DNA of 51,231 nucleotides from a virus, in IMG/VR virus record IMGVR_UViG_3300045988_044272. One strand, given 5' to 3'. Position 1 is the stretch's first letter; each line of letters starts with the position of its first letter. The position numbers were made by a program, and so were the translations under genes. This document shows, one piece after another, positions 24,946 through 34,559 of the stretch. The notes under the pieces are model-generated. The model saw nothing but the letters and a program-made list of their open reading frames with translations. It made no database searches and had not been told where the DNA came from.

Positions 24946-27674
24946 GGTTTTGCCATATACTTTTCAATGATTCTTCGCATATCATCATATAATTGGGGCG
25001 CAATTTCTTTGAATATAGGGTTGCCGCCCCAATAGTTTTCAGAACAATGGGCGATAAATTCGGCAAGCTGTTTATCTTGTGTCCAATACTTGACATCATG
25101 CCCCCTTGGTCGGATGAATTTATGCCCGGAAATTGCAGCTTGCAAACAATCGGTAAATGCTCCAAGTTGTTCTTCAAATTCCATTTGTAATGCTTCTTGT
25201 TCTTCGCATTTCGCAAATAATTCTTTTTTCAGCCTTTCGGCTTCATCCATTTTGCCTATTTGTTTCAACTCTTGATATTGCTTCCAAGCATTATCCCTGA
25301 ATTTATCAAAATCAGCCCCGAATTTATCAAGTTTTTCTTGAATAACCCCTTTGAGCCTTTCTCCCTCTCCCGCATTGATAACCTTTTTCCAATCGTCATA
25401 AATCTTCATCAATTCGCTTTTAGATTTAAGTGCAATTTGATGGTCAAAGGCGTGTCCAAATTCGTGATAGAACAATCCTTTTCGATACCACGGTGATTTG
25501 GACATTCGTTGAAGATTATCATTTTCAAATGATATATTCACATATTTGTAAGTCGGTGAATAATGCGCACCGTTCTTTAATGCGACCAATGGAACAAAAT
25601 CTTTGAGTGAATCGAAAAATTCCTTGCTTGGCAATGCTTCCATCATGCCGGGTATCTTTTTTACATAGTCTGTAAAAATGTTGTATGGCATATTGGGTGA
25701 AATGTTATCAAATCCTATTTGCTTAACTTCTTTCAATGATGCAAGTTTATAGATGTTGTAAGCCTTTTCAATTTGCACATACACTTTCTCATATCCCTTA
25801 TTTACAAAATCATGTTCATTTATCGCCTTTATTGCTTCATTGTAAGCCTTGCGCCATTGAATAGGAATCTTTGTTGATGAAACACCTTTTAATTCCTGTA
25901 AATGGTCAATTGATTTGAAACAAGGTTTCGCTTGTCCGTTCATCAATGATTTATGACTTGACCAAGATTTCAATTCATAACCAAGCCATCTATCAGATTC
26001 ACCATTCTTTATTTTTTCACGGGCGGAATCAATATAACCTTGGAAACGCGATTCTTTACCATAGAAATGTTCCAAGTTATCCATCAAAGTAGATAGACGT
26101 TCTGCATTTGTCGCTTTTGTCTTATCAGACTTAAATTGCCAATCAGGGGCTTTAATTTTAAGAACATCATCGTTGGATGCTTGATTTGTTGCTATCTTAC
26201 TCAACAAGTCTTGAAGTCTTTTCTTAAATACTTCTTTACCTGTAATCCAATCACGCTTATCACCTGTAATGGCGGCAATGTCGTTGAGTATTTCCGAAAC
26301 ATCAATATTATGTTTCCGGGCTTCTTTTATGGCTTCTGTTGCATCCGCGATATAATTCTTGTATTCCTGCATCACTACATCAACACGACCATGTAAAACA
26401 GAAATTGCATTGACAACACCGGACGGATTGCGGTTTTGGATAGCATCATCAAGGATGAATGTATTTAAGCCCCATTCATTGCACATTGCGCGGATTGAAG
26501 ATATTTGCGGCTTCAATTGGTCAAGCTGCCTTTGTATCGGGTCAATCTTCGGTTGGAGTGAAATAATATCCAACTTCAAGCCTTTGGACAATTGACCATC
26601 CTTGAAGTTGTCTTTAATGAAATAGGGTGTTGAAGCCCACTTCTTTTGTGCTTCTTCATGGTCTTTCACCCATTGCTTAAACCCGTCCGGCACATCGGTA
26701 ACAAGGTTCTTGGCTTCCAACTTCTTGTATTGCGTGCCATGCAATGCAGCTTTGAGGTCGCCAAGTTCATTTTCATCAAAGGTTTCTTCATCCATCAAGA
26801 TAGGCACGGCATAACACATACATTGCGGATGCCACCCCTTGAACTTGAATGTTTTCGGATAACGCCCAACCAACTTTTCACATATATCACACTTGAACAA
26901 TGGTTCATGGTTGCTTCTGCGAATTTCATAACCAACGACAAAATCAAGTGATTGCCAACGCAAGAAATCACTTTCACGATAAGCCATATTGATTTCGGAA
27001 CGTGTAAGGCGCATCGCATTCTTATATGAAGAACGGTAAACACCTTGTCCGGGGTGGAATGCTTTGGCGGCTTTTGACAACACAAGGTTTCCGCGCTTAT
27101 CTCTTACACGGCGGAACAATCGGTTTGGCTCTTTAAGGTTTTCCCTGACATCACGGGATAATTGGGCGGCATTGCGACCCTCGCCCAAACCTACATCAAG
27201 GGCGGATTCCAATTGTGCTTTGTATTGCCCTACATATTTCCAAACCCTTTGCGAAAGGTTCATTCCCTCAACTTTGCGTCCTTGGAATGTCTGTAACGCT
27301 TCCAAGTTGCGGTCTTGCATCTTCTTCAACCTTGCTTTGCTCAACTTGGACGTGTCCATTATTGAAGCAATGAAGCCATCATTCTTTTCACAAGCGAACA
27401 ACCATTGTTTCTTTGACCCCGTTTCAATAACTGTTATCATTCGGTCGGCAAGTTGCTTTGTTATACCTTGCATTACAGATTTAACACCGGGGTAATCATC
27501 AAAAGAAAAGGGTTTGTCGGGGTCGTATGTACCTTTTGCCACCGCCTTTGCAATCTCGGTGGTGGCACGGTCAAACAAGGCATTCACGGCTTGTGTGTAT
27601 TGTTCCGTTTGCCTGTAATGTGCTGCATCGTATGATTGAATCGAAAACCGCGTTGTCTTTTGTCGCTTTGCCAT
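24942..27674 (-). CDS. Polyvalent minor head protein: MuF/SPP1 gp7-like domain fused to a large C-terminal region with an HExxH metallopeptidase-like motif
   Basis: MuF-type region (LTRSEINMAYRES...GWHPQCMCYAVP, compare HPNCRC). C-terminal LFYHEFGHAFDH, with HEFGH encoded at 25452..25466. It lies two small genes downstream of the portal gene (a lipoprotein and a Cys-rich ORF intervene). Confidence 0.7.
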   Translation of the reverse strand: MAKRQKTTRFSIQSYDAAHYRQTEQYTQAVNALFDRATTEIAKAVAKGTYDPDKPFSFDDYPGVKSVMQGITKQLADRMITVIETGSKKQWLFACEKNDGFIASIMDTSKLSKARLKKMQDRNLEALQTFQGRKVEGMNLSQRVWKYVGQYKAQLESALDVGLGEGRNAAQLSRDVRENLKEPNRLFRRVRDKRGNLVLSKAAKAFHPGQGVYRSSYKNAMRLTRSEINMAYRESDFLRWQSLDFVVGYEIRRSNHEPLFKCDICEKLVGRYPKTFKFKGWHPQCMCYAVPILMDEETFDENELGDLKAALHGTQYKKLEAKNLVTDVPDGFKQWVKDHEEAQKKWASTPYFIKDNFKDGQLSKGLKLDIISLQPKIDPIQRQLDQLKPQISSIRAMCNEWGLNTFILDDAIQNRNPSGVVNAISVLHGRVDVVMQEYKNYIADATEAIKEARKHNIDVSEILNDIAAITGDKRDWITGKEVFKKRLQDLLSKIATNQASNDDVLKIKAPDWQFKSDKTKATNAERLSTLMDNLEHFYGKESRFQGYIDSAREKIKNGESDRWLGYELKSWSSHKSLMNGQAKPCFKSIDHLQELKGVSSTKIPIQWRKAYNEAIKAINEHDFVNKGYEKVYVQIEKAYNIYKLASLKEVKQIGFDNISPNMPYNIFTDYVKKIPGMMEALPSKEFFDSLKDFVPLVALKNGAHYSPTYKYVNISFENDNLQRMSKSPWYRKGLFYHEFGHAFDHQIALKSKSELMKIYDDWKKVINAGEGERLKGVIQEKLDKFGADFDKFRDNAWKQYQELKQIGKMDEAERLKKELFAKCEEQEALQMEFEEQLGAFTDCLQAAISGHKFIRPRGHDVKYWTQDKQLAEFIAHCSENYWGGNPIFKEIAPQLYDDMRRIIEKYMAKP

Positions 27675-27865
27675 TATCTCCGAATTTTGAAGTGTTCACA
27701 TTGTGGGTCGTTCAAGAAACGGCAATATTTGCCATTCGTGTAATAGGGGCAACGACACATGAAAGGCTTGCCATTAGCCCCGATTTCATGCCAATCATAA
27801 GAATGGGCGCAATCTTGACAATGGTATTTGACTTCCGCTATTTTCGTTTTATTCCGTTTTGCCAT
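27674..27865 (-). CDS. Small Cys-rich (zinc-ribbon-like) protein
   Basis: 63 aa with CQDC...CRC...C...C spacing. Confidence 0.45.
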   Translation of the reverse strand: MAKRNKTKIAEVKYHCQDCAHSYDWHEIGANGKPFMCRCPYYTNGKYCRFLNDPQCEHFKIRR

Positions 27866-28139
27866 AGTACGTACCTTTTGATGTTACAAACTCACCGTGT
27901 TTCAATCGGTCAAATGTGCCTTTCTCAACGTGGCAACGGTGTACACCGCATGAATCAGCCACCCAAACAATCCATTGGTCAGGGACACTTTCAACCATCG
28001 GCTTTTTCAATATCACATCATAACGGGTCGTGTTATGCGCCGGGATAAACGCTTTCCCGACAACATACCCACTTACCGGGGTTTCCTTGCAGCTTGCAAG
28101 ACAAAACACCATCAACATTATAAACAAGACCTTACGCAT
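27849..28139 (-). CDS. Small lipoprotein
   Basis: MRKVLFIMLMVFCLASC lipobox signal. The start at 28139 was chosen to avoid overlap with the portal gene; the track start is 28163. Confidence 0.55.
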   Translation of the reverse strand: MRKVLFIMLMVFCLASCKETPVSGYVVGKAFIPAHNTTRYDVILKKPMVESVPDQWIVWVADSCGVHRCHVEKGTFDRLKHGEFVTSKGTYYGKTE

Positions 28140-29595
28140 CGCCATCCAATTGAGGTTCACCAATCATAAATGAATTTTCCACGGTTGATTGCTCTTTGAT
28201 TTTCTGCATCGTCAAAGCCACATCCTTTGAAATACCAGCCTTTTCAACCGATTCTTCTTGTGATATTACGGGCTTGTTGCCGTTGGCGGTAAGCCAATAA
28301 TTCAAATCTTCAAGTTCATTGGTAAGCATATAAGGCACAATTTCGGGTTCAATCATTATGGCTTCACAATCCCTTTCCCAAGCGGTGTTCATTTGTCCTA
28401 TATATGCCAAAATGATATTCACACGCCTTTGCAAGTAATCATCGAAAATCTCCCTTTTATCCTGAACTTTCAAATGTGCATCCATGAATAACAGCTTCAA
28501 AGCAATGCCACTTATCGCCCCAAGCCCCTTGACCGCATCAAATGAAATATCCGGGGTTTGGGTGATTGTGTAAATCATCTTCAAAAGGGTTTCGATTTCA
28601 AGTTTCACAGATTCCGGGGCATTCTGCCAAGAAACATAATTCATTGTTGCGCCATCTTCACCCTCGATTACCGAACCTGCTTCACCTTTCTTTGACCAAC
28701 CATTGATTTGCCCGGTGACAAAAAGTTTCGGGCTTGCATGATAATCGTTGGTATCGGCAAAGTTTGATAGCAAGTGTTCCAAGCGGTCAATCAGCTTGTC
28801 CACATCTTCCGTTTCAAAATATGGTTGATAACCATAAGCAATCGGAATCTTGCCAATTGCAATCGGTTTAGGATAACCGGAGGCTACATCATAACCGTTT
28901 GCCCCATTCACCCACAACCAATGTTCCTTGTCCGTGAATGTTTCAAAGTAATCAATTGAATTTTCGCCATTGTCCTTACGGCTAAATGCTCGTGAAAATG
29001 CTACCATATCGCCCGTTTCATCGAAGTATGGATAAAGAGTATCGCCAAATTCAGGGGCAAACAAAGCACAACGCAACTTGTGCTTGGCATTGAAGCCATA
29101 TTTTGAATGCGGCTTTTCAACCGTGTACCAATATTCCGCACATTCCTTGAATCCGAATATCGCACGGGCAATCTTTCGGTTCAATGAATTGCTTTTGACA
29201 TCATACAAGATACGGTTCAAAGCGTATATGATACCCTTTTCATTGTCATTGGTCGGGGTTGCATTATATTCGGGCGGATTACCGAAACAGAAAGACACGG
29301 CGCGTTTGATTATCAACTTTTGAATGGCAAGTGCAACCCTTGCCACCTTTTCCGTTCTGAAATTGACCGCTTCACCATCGGTTGAAATAACCTTTTGTGC
29401 TGAATCCGCTTCATTGTCGGCATCTACTTTCACCCTTTTATCCGGGCGCAATATCGGGTCGTTCACATCGTGCAATTTAGGATTCAATGCCTTTTTTGCA
29501 CATTCCACATCGGGTTGTGGTATAAATCGGCAAGACTTCAATTCCGAAATGACATCATTTGCCGTCGCTTTCTTAAATATTTCTTCAATTGGCAT
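28132..29595 (-). CDS. Portal protein (SPP1 gp6-like)
   Basis: 487 aa, directly downstream of the large terminase. C-terminal region ...ISFDAVKGLGAISGIALKLLFMDAH... is typical of this portal family. Confidence 0.8.
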   Translation of the reverse strand: MPIEEIFKKATANDVISELKSCRFIPQPDVECAKKALNPKLHDVNDPILRPDKRVKVDADNEADSAQKVISTDGEAVNFRTEKVARVALAIQKLIIKRAVSFCFGNPPEYNATPTNDNEKGIIYALNRILYDVKSNSLNRKIARAIFGFKECAEYWYTVEKPHSKYGFNAKHKLRCALFAPEFGDTLYPYFDETGDMVAFSRAFSRKDNGENSIDYFETFTDKEHWLWVNGANGYDVASGYPKPIAIGKIPIAYGYQPYFETEDVDKLIDRLEHLLSNFADTNDYHASPKLFVTGQINGWSKKGEAGSVIEGEDGATMNYVSWQNAPESVKLEIETLLKMIYTITQTPDISFDAVKGLGAISGIALKLLFMDAHLKVQDKREIFDDYLQRRVNIILAYIGQMNTAWERDCEAIMIEPEIVPYMLTNELEDLNYWLTANGNKPVISQEESVEKAGISKDVALTMQKIKEQSTVENSFMIGEPQLDGDA

Positions 29596-29604
29596 ATTGT
29601 TATT

Positions 29605-29620
29605 GTTTTATAGTGATACA
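29605..29620 (-). promoter_or_regulatory. 16-nt motif copy, 9 nt upstream of the portal ATG 29595
   Basis: Plus-strand gttttatagtgataca, exact. It fills the terL-portal gap. Confidence 0.6.
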
Positions 29621-31090
29621 TTAAAATCCAAAAAGACTTGCCACATCCGATTTCTTGCGGTTTGCACGTTTTTCTATCGTACCCGTCAAAGCATCGGGGG
29701 CATCATCATGTTCATTCTTTCCGGCTTTCAGATAACCGCAAATAGCCTTTGCAAATTCGGGGAATAGGCTTTTCCACCCTTGGGGCATAAACGTGAGGTT
29801 CTGAACCATTGCTGAATGTTGATAAATGCGTGTTTCTTTATTCTCCGTTTGGTGGAATGAAGAAAACTTGGTCTTGGCATTGCCTAACAATCGACATTGC
29901 TTTTCAACATTGTTCTTGAATAGGCGACCGCCGTTGTTGGCTTCCACAATACATTCGGCAACATCATGTTTGGTAAGCATTTTTGCAAGCGCGGGTTCTG
30001 TGTACTCAACCGGACGTGTCGTATAAAGCACATCAACAATGTAGTTGCCCACATCTGTTTCATCATACACAATCGCACATAAGTAATCCGCGCCCGTGTC
30101 GGCGGTGTCCACATAACATTTGCGTTTGACATACTTTGTTGCCGGGCGAATAAGATATTCCACAAAGCCACTTTCGTACATAAGTCCGGCACGCGGTTGG
30201 GGGTCTTGTTGATACAAGGAATCGAACACTTGCGGATTTCGCTTGCGTATGGACTGCAACTTTTTCAGATTATGCCGTTCCGCCCACAATGCTTCACCCT
30301 CTTGCCTTGGGTCGTATTCGGTCGGCTTTCCCTCTTTGATTGCTTTATATACGACAACAACCCACCCATCCGGGTTTTCCTTTTCATCATATATGCCTTG
30401 CTGCCGCAATAATGTACCCGCCAAATCATCTTCATGCCACCGGGTAAAGACAATCAATTGTTGGGAATCATTGTGAAGTCGGGTTTCTGCAACCGTATCG
30501 TACCAATCGGACACACTTTCACGGACAATGGGCGACCATGCCGTTTTAGCATCCTTGTAAATATCATCCATTATCAGAATATCAACGGGTTCACCCGTCA
30601 ATGCTCCCCCCACGCCAACCGTCTTGAAGCCGCCGCGATAACCTACAATTTCGCATTCATCGGCATTTCGTAACCAAGAACCCGCGACCGTTGTAACATT
30701 TGAAGCATTCAAGTTGGTATTCGGGAATATCTCGTGATATTCGGGACTGTCAATAATACGTTGAATCTCTCGGTTGAACTTTCTTGCCTTGGGTGCATTA
30801 TAAGACACAATCGCCAATTTGTTATCAGGATTCTTACCGACCAAGAAAGCGGGTAATCGCCTTGTTGAACCCTCGGACTTTCCATGTTGGGGTGGCATAA
30901 AGACCATAAGTTTGCGAATTTTGCCATCTGCAAAGTCTGTCAATACATGATAGTATCGGCGGTGAAAGTCTGCCGGGCGAAACGTGGGCATTGTGGACAT
31001 TGTAAAGCGCAACAAATCGGAACGACTTTCACGAATAAGCCGTTCTTTCAATGCCTTGTAATACTTTATTTTGTCCGCCCGCTTCTGCAT
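29621..31090 (-). CDS. terL: Terminase large subunit
   Basis: 489 aa. Walker A-like PPQHGKSE, Walker B-like ILIMDDIY and a C-terminal nuclease-like region. Flanked by the small terminase and portal genes. Confidence 0.85.
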   Translation of the reverse strand: MQKRADKIKYYKALKERLIRESRSDLLRFTMSTMPTFRPADFHRRYYHVLTDFADGKIRKLMVFMPPQHGKSEGSTRRLPAFLVGKNPDNKLAIVSYNAPKARKFNREIQRIIDSPEYHEIFPNTNLNASNVTTVAGSWLRNADECEIVGYRGGFKTVGVGGALTGEPVDILIMDDIYKDAKTAWSPIVRESVSDWYDTVAETRLHNDSQQLIVFTRWHEDDLAGTLLRQQGIYDEKENPDGWVVVVYKAIKEGKPTEYDPRQEGEALWAERHNLKKLQSIRKRNPQVFDSLYQQDPQPRAGLMYESGFVEYLIRPATKYVKRKCYVDTADTGADYLCAIVYDETDVGNYIVDVLYTTRPVEYTEPALAKMLTKHDVAECIVEANNGGRLFKNNVEKQCRLLGNAKTKFSSFHQTENKETRIYQHSAMVQNLTFMPQGWKSLFPEFAKAICGYLKAGKNEHDDAPDALTGTIEKRANRKKSDVASLFGF

Positions 31091-31596
31091 TACTCCAACT
31101 TGCGTTTCAATTCCTCGATTTCCTTATCCAATTCTTCATCGGTCTTGCTTGCGAAAAGGTCTTTGCCGTCCTTGCCTGTTACCTCGGTGGATTGCCTGTT
31201 GCGCCAATGTTCCGGGTCGCCATTCGTCAAGGTGAATATGATTGCCGCCGTGTCCGGCTGAATGTGCTTTTTTGTGGTGGTTTGTTCCTTGATTATAGGC
31301 TTTGGATTGCCCTTTTCGTCTTTCTGCTTACCCGGTATGGTTACAACCTTGGTTTCGGTAACGTCATAGCCTTGTATCTTCTTCATCAAGGATTTCTTTG
31401 CTTCAATCACCATCGCTTGCATCCGTTCCGCCTTTGCTTGCTCGATTGCATCGGCAAAGTCGGGATAATCATTCACCCATTGATGGTATGTTTTCGGTGT
31501 TATTCCTACTTGACGGCAAATTTCCGCAATGGTGTAGGTGTCGGACTTCACAAGCCCAACAATCATGTCCACCGTTTTTTTACTGAATTTTGCCAT
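31090..31596 (-). CDS. terS: Terminase small subunit (HTH)
   Basis: 168 aa with an N-terminal HTH (YTIAEICRQVGITPKTYHQWVN). Its stop overlaps the terL start. Confidence 0.6.
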   Translation of the reverse strand: MAKFSKKTVDMIVGLVKSDTYTIAEICRQVGITPKTYHQWVNDYPDFADAIEQAKAERMQAMVIEAKKSLMKKIQGYDVTETKVVTIPGKQKDEKGNPKPIIKEQTTTKKHIQPDTAAIIFTLTNGDPEHWRNRQSTEVTGKDGKDLFASKTDEELDKEIEELKRKLE

Positions 31597-31638
31597 TCCT
31601 CAATCTCCTTTTTTACGTTGATTTTATTACAATCATAA

Positions 31639-32190
31639 CTATTCTTTCAACTCACACTTAAAGCCCCTGTCTTGTAACTCACTGAATAACAATGATAATT
31701 TGGTAACATCGCCACATTCAACAATCAATCGTGTGTCAATCATCTTTTTACCCTCATCATTGTTTTGTTCTTCTTCATCGCCTTGTTCCATCGGAATACC
31801 CCAATCTTCCGGGTCAAAATCGAACTTTTCGGCTTCTTGCATTATCAAGTCTGTATCAAACGAAAGGTTTGCTTTACTCGTTGCATTGTCAGCAAGTGCA
31901 AGTTCACGTCCTTTGGCTGAATCCAAATCAATATCCGTTCTTTTGACCGCCACAAGGGAATTGCCGTTGGTTTCAACAATAATCACGTTGTCAAAGCCTA
32001 TGTCAGCGGCTTTTTCGGCGGTCTTGTTTCCTGCAATGATTCGGTTGTTCTTGTCGATAAGGATTGACCGCCCAAGTCCGAATTTCCGCAATGATTCATC
32101 CATAAGGTGTTCGCCAAACTCCGTTCCCTTGTTGAAATTCTTATCATCAGGAATCAAAGAATCAATGCTTGCTTCAATCATCTTTGCCAT
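31639..32190 (-). CDS. ParB-like nuclease domain protein
   Basis: ParB N-terminal-like segment (LGRSILIDKNNRIIAGNKTAEKAADIGF) and an acidic linker. Confidence 0.6.
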   Translation of the reverse strand: MAKMIEASIDSLIPDDKNFNKGTEFGEHLMDESLRKFGLGRSILIDKNNRIIAGNKTAEKAADIGFDNVIIVETNGNSLVAVKRTDIDLDSAKGRELALADNATSKANLSFDTDLIMQEAEKFDFDPEDWGIPMEQGDEEEQNNDEGKKMIDTRLIVECGDVTKLSLLFSELQDRGFKCELKE

Positions 32191-32194
32191 ATCA

Positions 32195-32752
32195 TCACCA
32201 AATCAAGAAGTAAAACAATAACGACAAGGGAATTGCACAAGCTGCACCAATCATCGTGAAAACCACATCCATCACTTCAACCGTGCCGTGTCCTTTTGAA
32301 TCCCACCATTCCTTGCAGATTCCGGCAAGACTTCCGGCGGTGAATCCGACCCACCAACCAAGCAAAGTACCGATAACAAGCGAAATCAAAACACCGACAA
32401 AGAAATGCTTTCGTTTGTCGGGCTGTTTGGCGGCTTCCTTGGTGCTTTTCCATGCTTCAATAATACTTTCCTTGACTTCTGCAATAAATGCCAAGAATCG
32501 GGCTTTTAATGGCTCTTTCACAAAAACCGATTCACCCGAAATGAAAACGGGCGGTTGCGTCTTACCTGAATAGACACCCAACCACACTTTCCCGGTGAAC
32601 AAAATATTCAATCGTTCTTTGAATGTCGTTTTCCAACACGACACACATTGTTTGCCATCATTCCAAACGGGTAATGATTGACATTCACTTTCCGCCATTG
32701 TTGACGGTCTTTGCAATACCTTTGTGGATTGCGCAAAATCAATTGGTTTCAT
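32195..32752 (-). CDS. Hypothetical membrane protein
   Basis: 185 aa with C-terminal TM helices (FFVGVLISLVIGTLLGWWVGF; VVFTMIGAACAIPLSLLFYFLIW). Confidence 0.5.
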   Translation of the reverse strand: MKPIDFAQSTKVLQRPSTMAESECQSLPVWNDGKQCVSCWKTTFKERLNILFTGKVWLGVYSGKTQPPVFISGESVFVKEPLKARFLAFIAEVKESIIEAWKSTKEAAKQPDKRKHFFVGVLISLVIGTLLGWWVGFTAGSLAGICKEWWDSKGHGTVEVMDVVFTMIGAACAIPLSLLFYFLIW

Positions 32753-32844
32753 CTGCTTTTGAATTTAGTTTGCAATGCAAATGCAAAATTAAAGCGTGCA
32801 TTATAGTAATGCACGCTTTAACAAAAAAAGTTAGGCACAACTTA

Positions 32845-33336
32845 TCAAAGTTTCAACCTTATAGGCAAGTTGGCAAAAGACCATGCGAGCAAGGCGGCAT
32901 CGCGGGCATCTTGATTTGTCCGACCCATCAAGCCCGTAAACGAAGCCAATTCTTCATGGGTAATCTTACGGTCTTTGCCTTTCCAACACTTCACCAATGG
33001 CGGGTGCTGCACAACCTCGATTCCGTAATGCTTGCACATTTCAACGATTTTCCGCCCGGTTTCATGGTTTGCCCCGACATCCTTTGCAATCTTTTCGGCT
33101 CTGTGTCCTTGGGCTTCATGGAAGTTGCTTTTCTTGACCATCCACCCGGCTTCAACTACAACAACCAATGTTTCTTTCACTTCATCACGGACTTTCCTTG
33201 CGTGCTGCAAGTATTCAAGCAAGTTCGGGAAATCCAAGTTAGTAACTTCTAATTGCCTTGTGGGCGGCTTCAAGTATGCCACACCGGATTTTTCTTTGTC
33301 CGGGTCAATGGCAATGATATTGTCAAATTTCGGCAT
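32845..33336 (-). CDS. RuvC-like Holliday junction resolvase
   Basis: IIAIDPDKEKSGVAYL near the N-terminus, VVVVEAGW, and C-terminal QDARDAALLAW. Together these resemble the RuvC catalytic D/E/D/D layout. Confidence 0.55.
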   Translation of the reverse strand: MPKFDNIIAIDPDKEKSGVAYLKPPTRQLEVTNLDFPNLLEYLQHARKVRDEVKETLVVVVEAGWMVKKSNFHEAQGHRAEKIAKDVGANHETGRKIVEMCKHYGIEVVQHPPLVKCWKGKDRKITHEELASFTGLMGRTNQDARDAALLAWSFANLPIRLKL

Positions 33337-33347
33337 AAGACATCGGA

Positions 33348-33761
33348 TTAAAAGGGTAAATCATCATCAACATCTGACGGGACGTTGTTGGTCGGTTGCG
33401 ATTGGGGCAATTGTTGTCCCGACTGTTGGGTGGGTTGGCTTTCACCTTTCAGACCACACAAGGTAACTTCATTCGCATTGACATTGACGGCAATTTGGTT
33501 GTTCCCGTGTTTATCTTGATAGGTCTTTAAGGACAAACGACCCCGGACAAAGACTTTGCACCCCCTTTTCAAATATTGGGTAAGATTACCACCGTCACCA
33601 TACCAAAGCACGGACACCCATATTGTTGTTTCTAAAACCGAACCATTAGAATCCCTTTTCTTTTCAGAATGGGCAACATTCATTGAAACGTACTTCTTTC
33701 CGTTGAACTCTTTTATTTCGGCATCATTTCCAAGATTGCCAATAATTTCTAATTGCAACAT
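33348..33761 (-). CDS. ssb: Single-stranded DNA-binding protein
   Basis: OB-fold-like N-terminus (LEIIGNLGNDAEIK...), a Gln/Pro-rich linker and the acidic tail DVDDDLPF. Confidence 0.9.
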   Translation of the reverse strand: MLQLEIIGNLGNDAEIKEFNGKKYVSMNVAHSEKKRDSNGSVLETTIWVSVLWYGDGGNLTQYLKRGCKVFVRGRLSLKTYQDKHGNNQIAVNVNANEVTLCGLKGESQPTQQSGQQLPQSQPTNNVPSDVDDDLPF

Positions 33762-33764
33762 AAC

Positions 33765-34028
33765 TTATAAATTTTGTTTTATATACTTCACCCAATCGGG
33801 CGTTATTATATCCATCACGTTTTTACCCGGGTTGTTCTTTTGCCAAATCCGGCATTCTCGCAACATTTCATTTGCAACATCCACTGGCGTTCTGAACCTT
33901 TTGCCATCAATCAAATTGGTGGCACATTCCGGGATTGGTTCAATGTTGGTGAATAATCCAAGTGTTATGCAAGTGTATTGCTTTTGCTTATCAATACTTC
34001 TTGTCGTGCATGATTGGTCGGTTCTCAT
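33765..34028 (-). CDS. Hypothetical protein
   Basis: 87-aa ORF. Its 5' end overlaps the MazG-like gene by 38 nt, so the true start may be internal. Confidence 0.35.
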   Translation of the reverse strand: MRTDQSCTTRSIDKQKQYTCITLGLFTNIEPIPECATNLIDGKRFRTPVDVANEMLRECRIWQKNNPGKNVMDIITPDWVKYIKQNL

Positions 34029-34548
34029 TGTATTTCATTTTCTGCTCGATATGCCAAGCCAAATCAACATTCAGGGATTCCGCCCACTTATTGACATACT
34101 CAATACCGAATTGAATACGTTTTTCAATCCCGATAACATCACGGGACAAGCCCTTGCACAAGGCAAATGCGTTTTCGGTAAAGCTGAACTTGTCAAAAGC
34201 CCGGTAATAACGGCAAGGGTTCATCTTGTCGAAATCAATACCCAAAGCCCCGGCAAGGTCAAAAAGACGAATGGCTATATCCGCCAATTCATCTTCAAGC
34301 GTGTTTTTGATGCACCTTTGAAATACCTTATCAAACCAATCAGGACGAATTATGCCTTGAAAGGCATTTGCCATTCCCGTATCAAAACCCACTTTGTCGG
34401 CTTTTAGTTTGTTTCGGTCGGCTTCTACCAATTCGCCAATCTCGGTTATTACAAGCATCAAACAATGTTCGTTGCTCAATCTCTTTTCCCAAAATCCGTG
34501 TTTCACGGCATTGGAATGTGCTTTGTTTGCTAATTCATTAAAGTTCAT
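33991..34548 (-). CDS. MazG-like nucleotide pyrophosphohydrolase
   Basis: AHSNAVKHGFWE...LMLVITEIGELVEADR resembles the all-alpha NTP-PPase EExxE/D metal-binding helix. Confidence 0.6.
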   Translation of the reverse strand: MNFNELANKAHSNAVKHGFWEKRLSNEHCLMLVITEIGELVEADRNKLKADKVGFDTGMANAFQGIIRPDWFDKVFQRCIKNTLEDELADIAIRLFDLAGALGIDFDKMNPCRYYRAFDKFSFTENAFALCKGLSRDVIGIEKRIQFGIEYVNKWAESLNVDLAWHIEQKMKYNENRPIMHDKKY

Positions 34549-34559
34549 AACATCTTGTT

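Noticed and set aside
33556-34407. Long antisense ORFs such as 33556..34407(+) (283 aa), 44947..45555(+) (202 aa), 31051..31638(+), 14965..15357(+) and 657..1205(+)
   Set aside because: Each lies opposite a gene with clear family signatures (SSB/MazG, SbcC-like, terS, tape measure, endolysin). Each has the low-complexity Ser/Leu/Phe/Ala composition typical of antisense coiled-coil or Ala-rich coding sequence.
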